From Nitrospirales bacterium (GTDB taxonomy: Bacteria > Nitrospirota > Nitrospiria > Nitrospirales > UBA8639): DNA of 64,000 bases. The translations under genes were made by a program, and so were the position numbers. Below are positions 40,115-49,680 of this stretch, in pieces (the first letter of the stretch is position 1; every line of letters starts with the position of its first letter). Location of the stretch: assembly GCA_963555755.3 (NCBI GenBank), contig OY820905.2, positions 4,256,001 to 4,320,000 of the forward strand, read 5' to 3'. Under the pieces are notes generated by a model. It was not told the origin of the DNA and made no database searches. It saw nothing but the letters and a program-made list of their open reading frames with translations.

Positions 40115-41185
40115 ATGAAAGAAAAGCCCCAGGCAGGCAGGTTAGTGTTAGAAGATGGGTCTTCCTTTACAGGAAGCCTGATTGGTTCACGGCAGCCGAT
40201 TGCTGGGGAGGTGGTGTTTAATACCGGCATGGTTGGCTATCCGGAGACCTTGACTGACCCTTCGTATAGAGGCCAAATATTGTCTTTAACCTATCCCCTC
40301 ATTGGAAATTATGGAGTGCCTCACTCCCAGACGGTGAATGGACTTACCGATGTGTTTGAGTCCAATAAAATCCAAATCCAGGGCTTGGTCATGACGGACT
40401 ATTCTTTTGAGTATTCTCATTGGAATGCGGAAAAAAGCTTAGATGTGTGGCTACAAGAACACAACGTGGTAGGGCTTTACGGAATTGATACACGGAAGCT
40501 CACGAAAAAATTACGCCAGCGTGGCAGCATGTTGGGGAAAATCGTGGTGGAAGGGCAGGATCAAGACTTTTATGATCCGAATCGGGAAAATTTGGTTCAA
40601 CTCGTGAGTGTCAAGGAACCCCTGGTGTATGGGAATGGCACGAAGAAGGTGGTGTTGATTGATTGTGGAGGGAAATTCAACATCATCCGCAGTTTGGTGG
40701 GCCGCGGCGTGCAGGTGAAGCGAGTTCCCTGGGACTATGATTTTTTAAGCGAAGATTTTGACGGTGTCATGATTTCCAATGGACCAGGGGATCCTCAAAT
40801 GTGCCAAGCGACCGTTGGAATTGTGCGAAGGTTGCTTGCCGGAAACCGGCCGGTGTTTGGGATTTGCCTTGGCCACCAAATTCTTTCCCTCGCGGCTGGG
40901 GCTGAAACGTATAAAATGAAATTTGGCCATCGCAGTCAAAACCAACCCTGCATGGAATTGGGAACGCAACGATGTTACATCACCTCACAAAATCATGGTT
41001 TTGCCGTGAAGCCCAATGGATTGTCTTCCGATTGGACTCCATGGTTTGTGAATGCCAATGATGGTTCCAATGAAGGCATTCGCCATCAGACGAAACCGTT
41101 TATGAGCGTGCAGTTTCATCCTGAAGCGACTCCGGGACCGACGGATACCTCACATCTGTTTGATCGATTCATTGATCTGCTGTAG
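40115..41185 (+). CDS. carA: Carbamoyl-phosphate synthase small subunit
   Basis: GEVVFNTGMVGYPE.LTDPSY, SNGPGDP, GICLGHQ, SQNHG, QFHPEA.PGP. Confidence 0.97.
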   Translation: MKEKPQAGRLVLEDGSSFTGSLIGSRQPIAGEVVFNTGMVGYPETLTDPSYRGQILSLTYPLIGNYGVPHSQTVNGLTDVFESNKIQIQGLVMTDYSFEYSHWNAEKSLDVWLQEHNVVGLYGIDTRKLTKKLRQRGSMLGKIVVEGQDQDFYDPNRENLVQLVSVKEPLVYGNGTKKVVLIDCGGKFNIIRSLVGRGVQVKRVPWDYDFLSEDFDGVMISNGPGDPQMCQATVGIVRRLLAGNRPVFGICLGHQILSLAAGAETYKMKFGHRSQNQPCMELGTQRCYITSQNHGFAVKPNGLSSDWTPWFVNANDGSNEGIRHQTKPFMSVQFHPEATPGPTDTSHLFDRFIDLL

Positions 41186-41331
41186 GGAATGTTGAAAAAA
41201 GCCGCCAGCGGCGTTCTCGCAATTTTGCCGTGCTCACGTACTATGAGTACGCTCCGCGCGTCAAAATGGCTGCGGCCTTGCTGGATAGACCCTTCGGAAA
41301 GACTCAGGGCATGCTTTTTTGAACCTTCCCT
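41184..41331. mobile_element. MITE-like repeat between carA and carB
   Basis: 19-bp inverted repeat AGGGAATGTTGAAAAAAGC / GCTTTTTTGAACCTTCCCT (2 mismatches); interior CCAGC..GCTGG and CGTACT/AGTACG hairpins. Confidence 0.78.
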
Positions 41332-41482
41332 CCCATTGACGATGCGTGGCTCATCTGGAGGGTTTTGGCTATTGGAGTGAAATGTTCAATAGGCCCTGTA
41401 ACCAGTTCCTGCTCTGACCACTCATTCACAGACGTTCCTCATCTGATTGTTGCCACTCCTTTCAGCAAGGTTGCTTCTTACC

Positions 41483-44400
41483 ATGAAAGAAAGACGGAAA
41501 CCCAAAAAAGTATTAATTCTTGGCAGTGGTGCGCTCAAAATCGGTGAGGCTGGAGAGTTTGATTATTCCGGGAGCCAAGCGATTAAAGCGCTCAAGGATG
41601 AAGGGATTACCACGGTCTTAGTCAATCCCAACATCGCGACGATTCAAACGTCGGAGAATCTGGCTGATCAAGTCTATTTCTTGCCGGTGAAACCGGAGTT
41701 CGTCAAAAAAGTGATTGAGAAAGAACGCCCCGATGGAATCTTGCTGAGTTTTGGAGGACAAACCGCGCTGAATTGCGGATTGGCGTTGGAAGAAACTGGC
41801 GTCCTGAAAGAATTTTCCGTTGAGGTCTTGGGGACATCCGTTCAAACCATTCGAGAGACAGAAGATCGAGGGTTGTTTGTCAAACGGTTAAATGAGATCG
41901 GCGTGCATGTTCCCGAGAGTGCGGTGGCGGAATCAGTCGAAGACGCGCTTCGGGTTGGAGGGGATATTGGCTATCCCGTCATGCTGCGGATTGCGTTTGC
42001 GCTGGGGGGATTGGGCTCAGGCATTTGTCAGACGGAAGACGAACTAAAAGAACGAGCCACCAAAGCCTTTGCCTATACCAAACAGGTGTTGATTGAAGAA
42101 TGTCTGACTGGATGGAAAGAGGTTGAATACGAAGTCGTTCGTGATCAATACGATAACAGTGTGACCGTGTGTAACATGGAAAACTTGGATCCCATGGGTA
42201 TCCACACGGGCGAAAGTATTGTCGTGGCGCCCAGCCAAACCCTCAATAACGAAGAATACCATCGGCTTCGAAACGTCTCGATTCGGGTGGCGAGGCATCT
42301 GGGTATCGTCGGGGAATGTAACGTGCAGTTTGCGGTAAATCCGGCCTCCGGCGAGTATCGCGTCATTGAAATGAATGCGCGATTGTCCCGGAGCTCTGCA
42401 TTGGCCTCCAAGGCCACGGGGTATCCTTTGGCATATGTCGCTGCGAAGTTAGGCTTGGGATATAACCTGGTTGATTTACCCAATTCCATGACTGGGGTCA
42501 CGAAGTCGTGTTTTGAACCGGCGTTGGATTATCTCGTGATCAAGATGCCTCGATGGGATCTGAAAAAATTCCATCAGGTCTCCAAGAAGCTCGGATCGGC
42601 CATGAAGTCGGTAGGGGAGGTGATGGCCATTGGTCGCACATTCGAAGAGACGCTACAGAAAGCCCTTCGGATGTTGGAAATCGGGGTGCAAGGTCTTGTG
42701 GGGAATACAGAGCGGTCCACTGTCACGGACCTAGAATCGGAGTTGAGTGAACCGACGCCTGAACGAATTTTTGTCGTGGCTGAAGCCATGCAACAAGGCA
42801 TGTCCATCGATCGCATTCACGAACTGACGTATATTGAGAAATGGTTCCTGTATAAAATCCAACATATTGTCCAGATCGCCAAACAGTTGGCGGACAGCCC
42901 GGGGCCCTTGGAATCGGCGCACCTGTTAACTCGTGGCAAACAAGCCGGATTTAGCGATCGTCAAATTGGGCATCTGTGTGAGGTCGAAGAGTTTCAAGTG
43001 CGGCAAGCCCGGGAGCGCCACGGCATTCATCCCTGCGTGAAGCAAATTGATACCTTAGCGGCTGAATATCCTGCGCAATCCAATTATCTGTATCTCACCT
43101 ATCATGGCGATGAAGATGATTTGCAGGTAGAGAAACGAAATTCAGTCATTGTGTTGGGGTCGAGGTCATATCGGATTGGCAGTTCGGTGGAATTTGATTG
43201 GTGCTGTGTTAATACGGTTCAGACTCTCCGTTCACTGAATTATCGTACCATCATGCTGAATTTTAATCCGGAGACGGTGAGCACGGATTATAACGAATGC
43301 GACGCGCTGTATTTTGAAGAAATTAGTTTGGAGGCTGTGCTTGAGATTTACCGCAAGGAGGCTCCCATTGGTGTCATTGTGTCGATGGGGGGGCAAACCC
43401 CGAATAATCTCGTGATGGCATTGGATCAAGCCGGTGTTCGCGTACTCGGTACGTCTCCAGTCTCGATCGACAAGGCTGAGAATCGCCATACGTTTTCTCA
43501 ATTACTTGACCATTTGCACATCAAACAACCTCCGTGGGGGGAGTTGCTCGGGATCGAAGAGGCCAAAGCGTTTGCGTCTGAGGTAGGGTATCCCGTACTC
43601 ATTCGCCCTTCGTATGTGCTGAGTGGAGCCGCAATGGGTGTGGCCTCTAATCATGACGAACTGGAGAAGTTCATCGCGCGTTCCGCCAAGATCTCAAAGG
43701 ATTTTCCCATTGTGATAAGCAAGTTTGTGGAAAACGCCAAAGAATTGGAGATGGATGGGGTGGCGTGTAACGGCAAGTTGGTCTTGTCGGCAATCTCGGA
43801 GCATGTCGAGAACGCAGGGGTTCATTCCGGGGATGCGACCTTAGTGTTTCCGGCTCAACGGACGTATTTGGAAACGGTCAGGCGTATCAAAAGGGTGAGT
43901 GCCAAAATTGTCGAAACCTTGAAGATCAATGGCCCCGTCAATATTCAATTTATGGCTAAAGACAACGAAGTCATGGTCATCGAATGTAATCTTCGAGCAT
44001 CGAGAAGTTTTCCGTTTGTGTCGAAAGTCTCCAAGGTGAATTTCATTGAGTGTGCGACGCGAGTCATAATGGGCGAATCAGTTCCCGTGCACCCAGCTAA
44101 TAATGCGGAGCTGGAGGTCGTTGGAGTGAAAGCCCCACAGTTTTCCTTTACGCGATTGGATGGGGCCGATCCGGCCTTAGGGGTGGAAATGGCCTCTACG
44201 GGTGAGGTGGGTTGTCTTGGGGATGATTTTGAAGAAGCCTTTTTGAAAGCCTTATTGTCTGTCGGGTACCGTATGCCGGTCGAGAATGTTCTCCTCTCGA
44301 CGGGACCAGTCGAATCAAAGGCGTCGTTTCTCCATTGGTCTCATCTCCTCGTCCAGATGGGGATGAAGTTATATGCGACTCAGGGAACCGGGGAGTTTTT

Positions 44401-44686
44401 GATCATGCAGGGCATGGATGTGACGATCTTACATTGGCCGATGGAACAGAAAACCCCAAATGTGTTGGACTATATGGGGGAGGGCAAGATTGATCTTGTC
44501 ATCAATATCCCCAAGAATTTTCAGGCAGCCGAATTGACCAATGATTATCAGATCCGCCGAAAAGCGGTGGATCTCAATATCCCCTTGATTACGAATTTGC
44601 AATTGGCCGAACGGTTTATCGAAGCCTTGAGTCGAAAAACCATTGACGATTTACATATTAAAAGCTGGGCAGAATATCAGAATTAA
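41483..44686 (+). CDS. carB: Carbamoyl-phosphate synthase large subunit
   Basis: GSGALKIGEAGEFDYSG, duplicated ATP-grasp domains, SRSSALASKATG, C-terminal MGS domain. Confidence 0.97.
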   Translation: MKERRKPKKVLILGSGALKIGEAGEFDYSGSQAIKALKDEGITTVLVNPNIATIQTSENLADQVYFLPVKPEFVKKVIEKERPDGILLSFGGQTALNCGLALEETGVLKEFSVEVLGTSVQTIRETEDRGLFVKRLNEIGVHVPESAVAESVEDALRVGGDIGYPVMLRIAFALGGLGSGICQTEDELKERATKAFAYTKQVLIEECLTGWKEVEYEVVRDQYDNSVTVCNMENLDPMGIHTGESIVVAPSQTLNNEEYHRLRNVSIRVARHLGIVGECNVQFAVNPASGEYRVIEMNARLSRSSALASKATGYPLAYVAAKLGLGYNLVDLPNSMTGVTKSCFEPALDYLVIKMPRWDLKKFHQVSKKLGSAMKSVGEVMAIGRTFEETLQKALRMLEIGVQGLVGNTERSTVTDLESELSEPTPERIFVVAEAMQQGMSIDRIHELTYIEKWFLYKIQHIVQIAKQLADSPGPLESAHLLTRGKQAGFSDRQIGHLCEVEEFQVRQARERHGIHPCVKQIDTLAAEYPAQSNYLYLTYHGDEDDLQVEKRNSVIVLGSRSYRIGSSVEFDWCCVNTVQTLRSLNYRTIMLNFNPETVSTDYNECDALYFEEISLEAVLEIYRKEAPIGVIVSMGGQTPNNLVMALDQAGVRVLGTSPVSIDKAENRHTFSQLLDHLHIKQPPWGELLGIEEAKAFASEVGYPVLIRPSYVLSGAAMGVASNHDELEKFIARSAKISKDFPIVISKFVENAKELEMDGVACNGKLVLSAISEHVENAGVHSGDATLVFPAQRTYLETVRRIKRVSAKIVETLKINGPVNIQFMAKDNEVMVIECNLRASRSFPFVSKVSKVNFIECATRVIMGESVPVHPANNAELEVVGVKAPQFSFTRLDGADPALGVEMASTGEVGCLGDDFEEAFLKALLSVGYRMPVENVLLSTGPVESKASFLHWSHLLVQMGMKLYATQGTGEFLIMQGMDVTILHWPMEQKTPNVLDYMGEGKIDLVINIPKNFQAAELTNDYQIRRKAVDLNIPLITNLQLAERFIEALSRKTIDDLHIKSWAEYQN

Positions 44687-44708
44687 CTGTGCAGGAAGAA
44701 GGCAAACA

Positions 44709-46577
44709 ATGGAATCTGCTACTGGCCAGAGCTCTCACGTGATTTTAGGAATCTCAGGTTACTATCATGACAGTGCCGCATGTTTGGTCAAAGATGGACA
44801 CATTGTGGCCGCGGCACAAGAAGAACGGTTTACCAGGAAGAAGCATGACCATCGGTTTCCTAGCCATGCCATCCGGTATTGTTTGCAAGAAGGCCAGGTG
44901 GCCTTACGCGATGTGAACTATGTGACGTTTTATGAGAAGCCACTGGTCAAGTTTGAGCGGCTTATTGAGACGTATTTATCCTTTGCGCCAAGAGGCCTCT
45001 TGTCGTTTTGGCAAGCCATTCCTGTATGGCTCAAGGAGAAACTGTTTCTGAAAGAAGTGATGAAAAAGGAATTGATGAAATTGACCGATGGGGCTGGCGA
45101 TATGCCTCTGCCCCCTCTCCTGTTCTCCGAACACCATGAGTCTCATGCGGCTTCGGCCTTTTATCCGTCTCCGTTTCAGGAAGCGGCGATCCTGTGCATG
45201 GACGGAGTCGGGGAATGGGCGACCACCTCGCTTTGGATTGGACGGGATCATACCATGGAGCTGGCATGGGAAATCCCGTTTCCCCATTCTCTTGGCCTGC
45301 TGTACTCCGCGTTTACGTACTATACGGGTTTCAAGGTAAACTCGGGCGAATATAAAGTCATGGGTTTAGCTCCCTATGGGGAACCTAAGTATGTCAAACA
45401 GATTTATGACAATCTTATTGATGTTAAACCCGACGGCACGTTTTGGTTGAATATGGAGTATTTCGATTTCTGCACCGGTTTAAAGATGACCAATAAAAAA
45501 TTCGATGAACTGTTTGGAGCTCCGCCAAGAGAGTCAGAGTCTACTGTGACGCAGCGAGAGATGGATCTGGCCCGTTCTGTTCAAGAAGTGACGGAAGAGG
45601 TGATGTTAAAGATTAGCCGGACGATTCATCAGGAAACGGGGCAGGTGAATTTATGTATGGCAGGTGGTGTCGCATTGAACTGTGTGGGAAATGGACGTCT
45701 GTTACGAGAAGGGCCCTTTGAGAATATCTGGATCCAGCCCGCGGCTGGGGATGCTGGGGGCGCTATTGGCGCCGCCTTGGCCACGTACCATCGGTACCTG
45801 GAACAACCACGGCAGGTGGTACCGGGGGATGCCATGCAAGGCTCATATCTTGGTCCGTCTTATACTAACGAGGAAATGGAAGCAGCTTTGCAATCAATGG
45901 GGGCTGTCTATCAGCGTCTCCCTGACGATCAGTTGTATGAGACCGTAGCCTGTGCATTAAGCGAGGACAAGGTCATTGGGTGGGTGCAAGGGCGCATGGA
46001 GTTTGGTCCGCGGTCATTAGGGGGACGAAGTATTCTTGGAGATGCGCGGAGTACCAAGATGCAATCCATCATGAACCTCAAAATCAAATATCGCGAATCG
46101 TTTCGTCCTTTTGCCCCGGCGGTGCTGCGGGAGCGGGTGTCGGAGTATTTTGTGCATGAAGGGGATAGCCCGTACATGTTGCTCGTCGCGCCTGTTGTGG
46201 AAAAACGACGAAATAAATTAACCAATGAGCAACGAGCCTTATGGGGAATTGATCTCCTGAATGTGCCTCGGTCTGATATTCCAGCCGTGACACATGTGGA
46301 CTATTCAGCGAGGGTGCAAACGGTGCATCAGGAAACCAATCCACGATTTTATCACCTCCTGAAAGCGTTTGAAGCGAAGACCGGGTATGGGGTTCTCGTG
46401 AATACCTCGTTTAATGTTCGGGGGGAACCGATCGTCTGTACCCCTCAAGATGCGTATCGGTGCTTCATGCGAACGGAAATGGATATTTTGGTCCTGGAAA
46501 ATTGCATGCTCTATAAAAATGACCAACCTGCTTTGGAGCATGATACGGATTGGAAAACAGAGTTTGAATTGGATTAA
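44709..46577 (+). CDS. O-carbamoyltransferase (NodU/CmcH/TobZ/SxtI family)
   Basis: YHDSAA, QEERFTRKKHD, EHH.SHAASAF, DGVGE, EYKVMGLAPYG, AGGVALNC, KYRESFRPFAP, NTSFNVRGEP. Confidence 0.96.
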   Translation: MESATGQSSHVILGISGYYHDSAACLVKDGHIVAAAQEERFTRKKHDHRFPSHAIRYCLQEGQVALRDVNYVTFYEKPLVKFERLIETYLSFAPRGLLSFWQAIPVWLKEKLFLKEVMKKELMKLTDGAGDMPLPPLLFSEHHESHAASAFYPSPFQEAAILCMDGVGEWATTSLWIGRDHTMELAWEIPFPHSLGLLYSAFTYYTGFKVNSGEYKVMGLAPYGEPKYVKQIYDNLIDVKPDGTFWLNMEYFDFCTGLKMTNKKFDELFGAPPRESESTVTQREMDLARSVQEVTEEVMLKISRTIHQETGQVNLCMAGGVALNCVGNGRLLREGPFENIWIQPAAGDAGGAIGAALATYHRYLEQPRQVVPGDAMQGSYLGPSYTNEEMEAALQSMGAVYQRLPDDQLYETVACALSEDKVIGWVQGRMEFGPRSLGGRSILGDARSTKMQSIMNLKIKYRESFRPFAPAVLRERVSEYFVHEGDSPYMLLVAPVVEKRRNKLTNEQRALWGIDLLNVPRSDIPAVTHVDYSARVQTVHQETNPRFYHLLKAFEAKTGYGVLVNTSFNVRGEPIVCTPQDAYRCFMRTEMDILVLENCMLYKNDQPALEHDTDWKTEFELD

Positions 46578-47144
46578 ACAAAGGGACAAAAGAATGCGCG
46601 AGGACTTAAAATTTCTATAGCTTTAAAGATTTCTGTGAATAGAAGTACGAGTGATAGCTGAACCACCTTCTTACTGGTTGTGGTACTCCTGTGACTGTCA
46701 AAATGAAAGCGAAGACGTTTTCTATGTGACGAGCCACAGCAAGCCATACCCAGAGTTGCGGTTTTTGGATAGACGAAATGCCATAATCCATCCATCTTCA
46801 CCATCGTAATATCTTCGGTAGGGAGGAGAGTGTTTGAGCGGCATCAAAGCCTTGGACTCCCTGGCCAATGTGCCGAATCCATTGCGAGACGGTCCGAATC
46901 CTGACGCCAAAGAGCTACTCAATGTGCCGGAAGTATTCCGGGAATGTTGTTCCTCGAAATAGAAGGGGTCTCTTGTCGATTCAAGGTAGAGAAGTGAAGG
47001 GAATATGCATACATGATTCCACGGTATGCGAGACAAAGCTTGCCCTGAGAGATCCTTTCTGTCCACCTCCCCATATACTAGCCCATTCTGCATAAAACTT
47101 TTTCGTGCCGACAACTTCACGGAGCCGAAAAGGGGTTATAGAAT

Positions 47145-48368
47145 ATGCTGAAAACCCAAGGAACTGTACAACAACGCCTTGTATTTGGCTTGGGAATTTT
47201 TTTTCTTATTGGCTCAATTTTTAGCTTCACCTGGGTAGTATTAAAAATGACTCATACGCCATTTTTGGGTTTTATAAAGGAGTTTCACTTGATCTTGACC
47301 CATGTTGGGTTCCTGTGTCTTTCCATAGGTGGACTTTGTGTGTTTGCAGCATTGATTCTGCAGCGTGATCCAACGAAGAGAATTGTCCATGCGGCCATCC
47401 TGAATTCCATGCTGCTCTTTGGGGCGATTGGATTCTCCTGTGTCGTTATGGAGGGTTTTTTGTATGTAAAATATCATGATGTCCAAATCGGTGGTGTCAC
47501 CTCTCCGTCTCGATATACCTTTTATAAAAAATATTATCGGTTGAATGAAGCTGGGTTCAGGGATGTCAATCATTCGTTACGTAAACCAGAGGGCACGACT
47601 CGAATTGTCGTGGTTGGTGACTCCTTTACCTTTGGGGCAGGAGTTAAGCAAGTCGATGATCTGTATTTCAAAATCCTCGAACAGAAACTACAACAAGAGT
47701 ATCCTGCGCAAACATTTAAGTCGGTAAGTATTGCGAAAAAAGGTTGGAGTACAGCACAGGAGTTCAAGGCCTTTAAGACACTAGGCATGAATTACAATCC
47801 AGACCTGGTTATCCTTGGTTATGTCTTAAACGACCCAGAATCGCCGGAGATAAAGGCGCGAAAGTCATCAGAATTTCATGATGACCATCTGCTGCCGTAT
47901 CCCTACGGAAAATTTCTTTATGCAACCTCGTTTGCCTACTTCATTATCGAAAAGAAATTGAAAAGTTTACCTTTCCTTAGGGATGAAACTATACAGCAGA
48001 GCGACTACATTAGAGAGATTTTCAGTGGAGATAATCTGAAGCAGCACAAGACAATTCTCCGTGACTTCTTGGCCTATATACAGGCACAAGATATGGAAGT
48101 GATTGTTGTCCTGTTTCCTTCTCTTAGATACGTACATAGTCCCTCGTATCCTTACTCCGAGATGCATCAAATTGTCGCTCAAACGGTGAGAGAGTCTGGC
48201 GCGCGGTTCTTGGATCTCTTGGATCCCTTAAAGAACAGTGGAATCACTAACCTTACCGTTAGCGAATTTGACGGCCATCCGAATGAAGATGTTCATAGAA
48301 TCGCTGCCGCTGCGCTATTTGATCTTATCTATAAGGAGAGGAAATTTGCTTCCCTAGATAAAATATAG
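47145..48368 (+). CDS. Membrane-anchored SGNH/GDSL hydrolase-family protein
   Basis: N-terminal TMs; LNEAGFRD, VVGDSFTFG, YVLND, DGHPN. Confidence 0.88.
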   Translation: MLKTQGTVQQRLVFGLGIFFLIGSIFSFTWVVLKMTHTPFLGFIKEFHLILTHVGFLCLSIGGLCVFAALILQRDPTKRIVHAAILNSMLLFGAIGFSCVVMEGFLYVKYHDVQIGGVTSPSRYTFYKKYYRLNEAGFRDVNHSLRKPEGTTRIVVVGDSFTFGAGVKQVDDLYFKILEQKLQQEYPAQTFKSVSIAKKGWSTAQEFKAFKTLGMNYNPDLVILGYVLNDPESPEIKARKSSEFHDDHLLPYPYGKFLYATSFAYFIIEKKLKSLPFLRDETIQQSDYIREIFSGDNLKQHKTILRDFLAYIQAQDMEVIVVLFPSLRYVHSPSYPYSEMHQIVAQTVRESGARFLDLLDPLKNSGITNLTVSEFDGHPNEDVHRIAAAALFDLIYKERKFASLDKI

Positions 48369-48370
48369 AG

Positions 48371-48721
48371 GAACAACGAACGTTATGGGGAATCGATATT
48401 CTCAATGTGCCACGGTCCGATATTCCCGCCGTGACACATATCGACTATTCAGCCAGGGTGCAAACGGTACATCAGGAAACCAATCCACGATTTCATCACC
48501 TCCTGAAAGCGTTTGAAGTGCAAACCGGGTATGGGGTTTTGGTAAATACGTCGTTTAATGTTCGGGGGGAACCAATCATCTGTACGCCACAGGATGCCTA
48601 TCGGTGTTTTATGCGAACGGAAATGGACGTATTAGTGTTAGAAAATTGTGTGTTGTACAAAACAGATCAACCGCTATTAGAAAGTGATTCAGATTGGATG
48701 AAAGAGTTTGAGTTGGATTAA
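48371..48721 (+). pseudogene. Orphan diverged copy of the carbamoyltransferase 3' end
   Basis: 351 bp collinear with 46227-46577 (EQRTLWGIDILNVPR...FELD vs EQRALWGIDLLNVPR...FELD). Confidence 0.92.
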
Positions 48722-48752
48722 TCGTATTATGCGGGGTAAGGAGTCAGGCACT

Positions 48753-49154
48753 ATGGGGCAAGTCATGTCGGTTGAAACAAAACAAATTCGTTCTTTTGGA
48801 TTGATCGTAGGCGGAATTTTTGCCGTGATTGGGATTTGGCCTTTGGTTGTCCGTGGCGAGGCTGTGTACCTCTGGGCATTGGTCATTTCCGGAGTCCTGG
48901 TCCTGCCAGCTGTAGTGTACCCACGGTGTTTGACCCCGATTTATCGGGGGTGGATGCATGTGGGGGCTGGGCTGGGCTGGTTTAATACTCGTGTGATTTT
49001 GGCGTTTGGATATTTCCTGGTGTTTACGCCGATTGCCTGTGTGATGTCGTTGATGGGGAAAGACTCGCTTCGGCGCAAATATGACCCAACCGAGCGGACC
49101 TATCGCGTGTTACGCGAGACCAGGCCTGGTCAGCATATGGAAAGACAATTTTAA
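48753..49154 (+). CDS. SxtJ-family membrane protein
   Basis: RSFGL, P..L.P.YRGWM..G..LGW.NTRVIL...FTPI...GKD.L...MERQF. Confidence 0.88.
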   Translation: MGQVMSVETKQIRSFGLIVGGIFAVIGIWPLVVRGEAVYLWALVISGVLVLPAVVYPRCLTPIYRGWMHVGAGLGWFNTRVILAFGYFLVFTPIACVMSLMGKDSLRRKYDPTERTYRVLRETRPGQHMERQF

Positions 49155-49169
49155 CAATGAGGTGCCGTC

Positions 49170-49322
49170 ATGGGTGAATTAATGAAAGAGCTGTGGGACT
49201 TTATGCGAGAACGTAAGAAATTCTGGTTACTGCCGATTGTGCTGTTTCTCGGACTTTTGAGTACCTTAATCGTGCTGACGGAAGGTTCAGCTGTGGCCCC
49301 GTTTATTTATACGTTGTTCTAA
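49170..49322 (+). CDS. SxtK-like (DUF5989) small membrane protein, below the ORF-track cutoff
   Basis: MGELMKELWDFMRERKKFWLLPIVLFLGLLSTLIVLTEGSAVAPFIYTLF; GAGG RBS. Confidence 0.9.
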   Translation: MGELMKELWDFMRERKKFWLLPIVLFLGLLSTLIVLTEGSAVAPFIYTLF

Positions 49323-49554
49323 GTTTGTAAAGTTTGGGAACCGTTTATGGACACTCAGGCATAGAGGTTTAATTTGAAACCTTAAGGCGGAAAATTGCCC
49401 ACAATGAACTGTAATCCTGCCTAAGGATACCAAGCTCTTGATCTTTGAATGCCGCTTGTTCAATTTTATCCACCACCGAATACATCTAGCCCTATATTCG
49501 CAATTTCCGATGGATGTTAAAAAGGCAGGACCCGAAGCGTAAAAACCAGGCCAG

Positions 49555-49680
49555 AAAGCGGTGGATCTCAATATTCCCTTGATTACGAATTTGCAATTGG
49601 CGGAACGGTTTATCGAAGCATTGAGTCGAAAAACCGTGGACGACCTACACCTTAAAAGCTGGGCGGAATATTAAAACTAA
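49555..49680 (+). pseudogene. Orphan diverged copy of the carB 3' end
   Basis: 126 bp collinear with 44561-44686, 13 mismatches by manual count. Confidence 0.92.

Noticed and set aside
46600..47120. ORFs between the carbamoyltransferase and the SGNH gene
   Set aside because: No coherent protein. A FHGMRD scrap on the + strand may be an SGNH-gene remnant, but the evidence is too thin to call.
44709..49322. Saxitoxin biosynthesis cluster
   Set aside because: Only sxtI/J/K-like genes are present, with no sxtA, sxtG or sxtB, and the context is polysaccharide synthesis.
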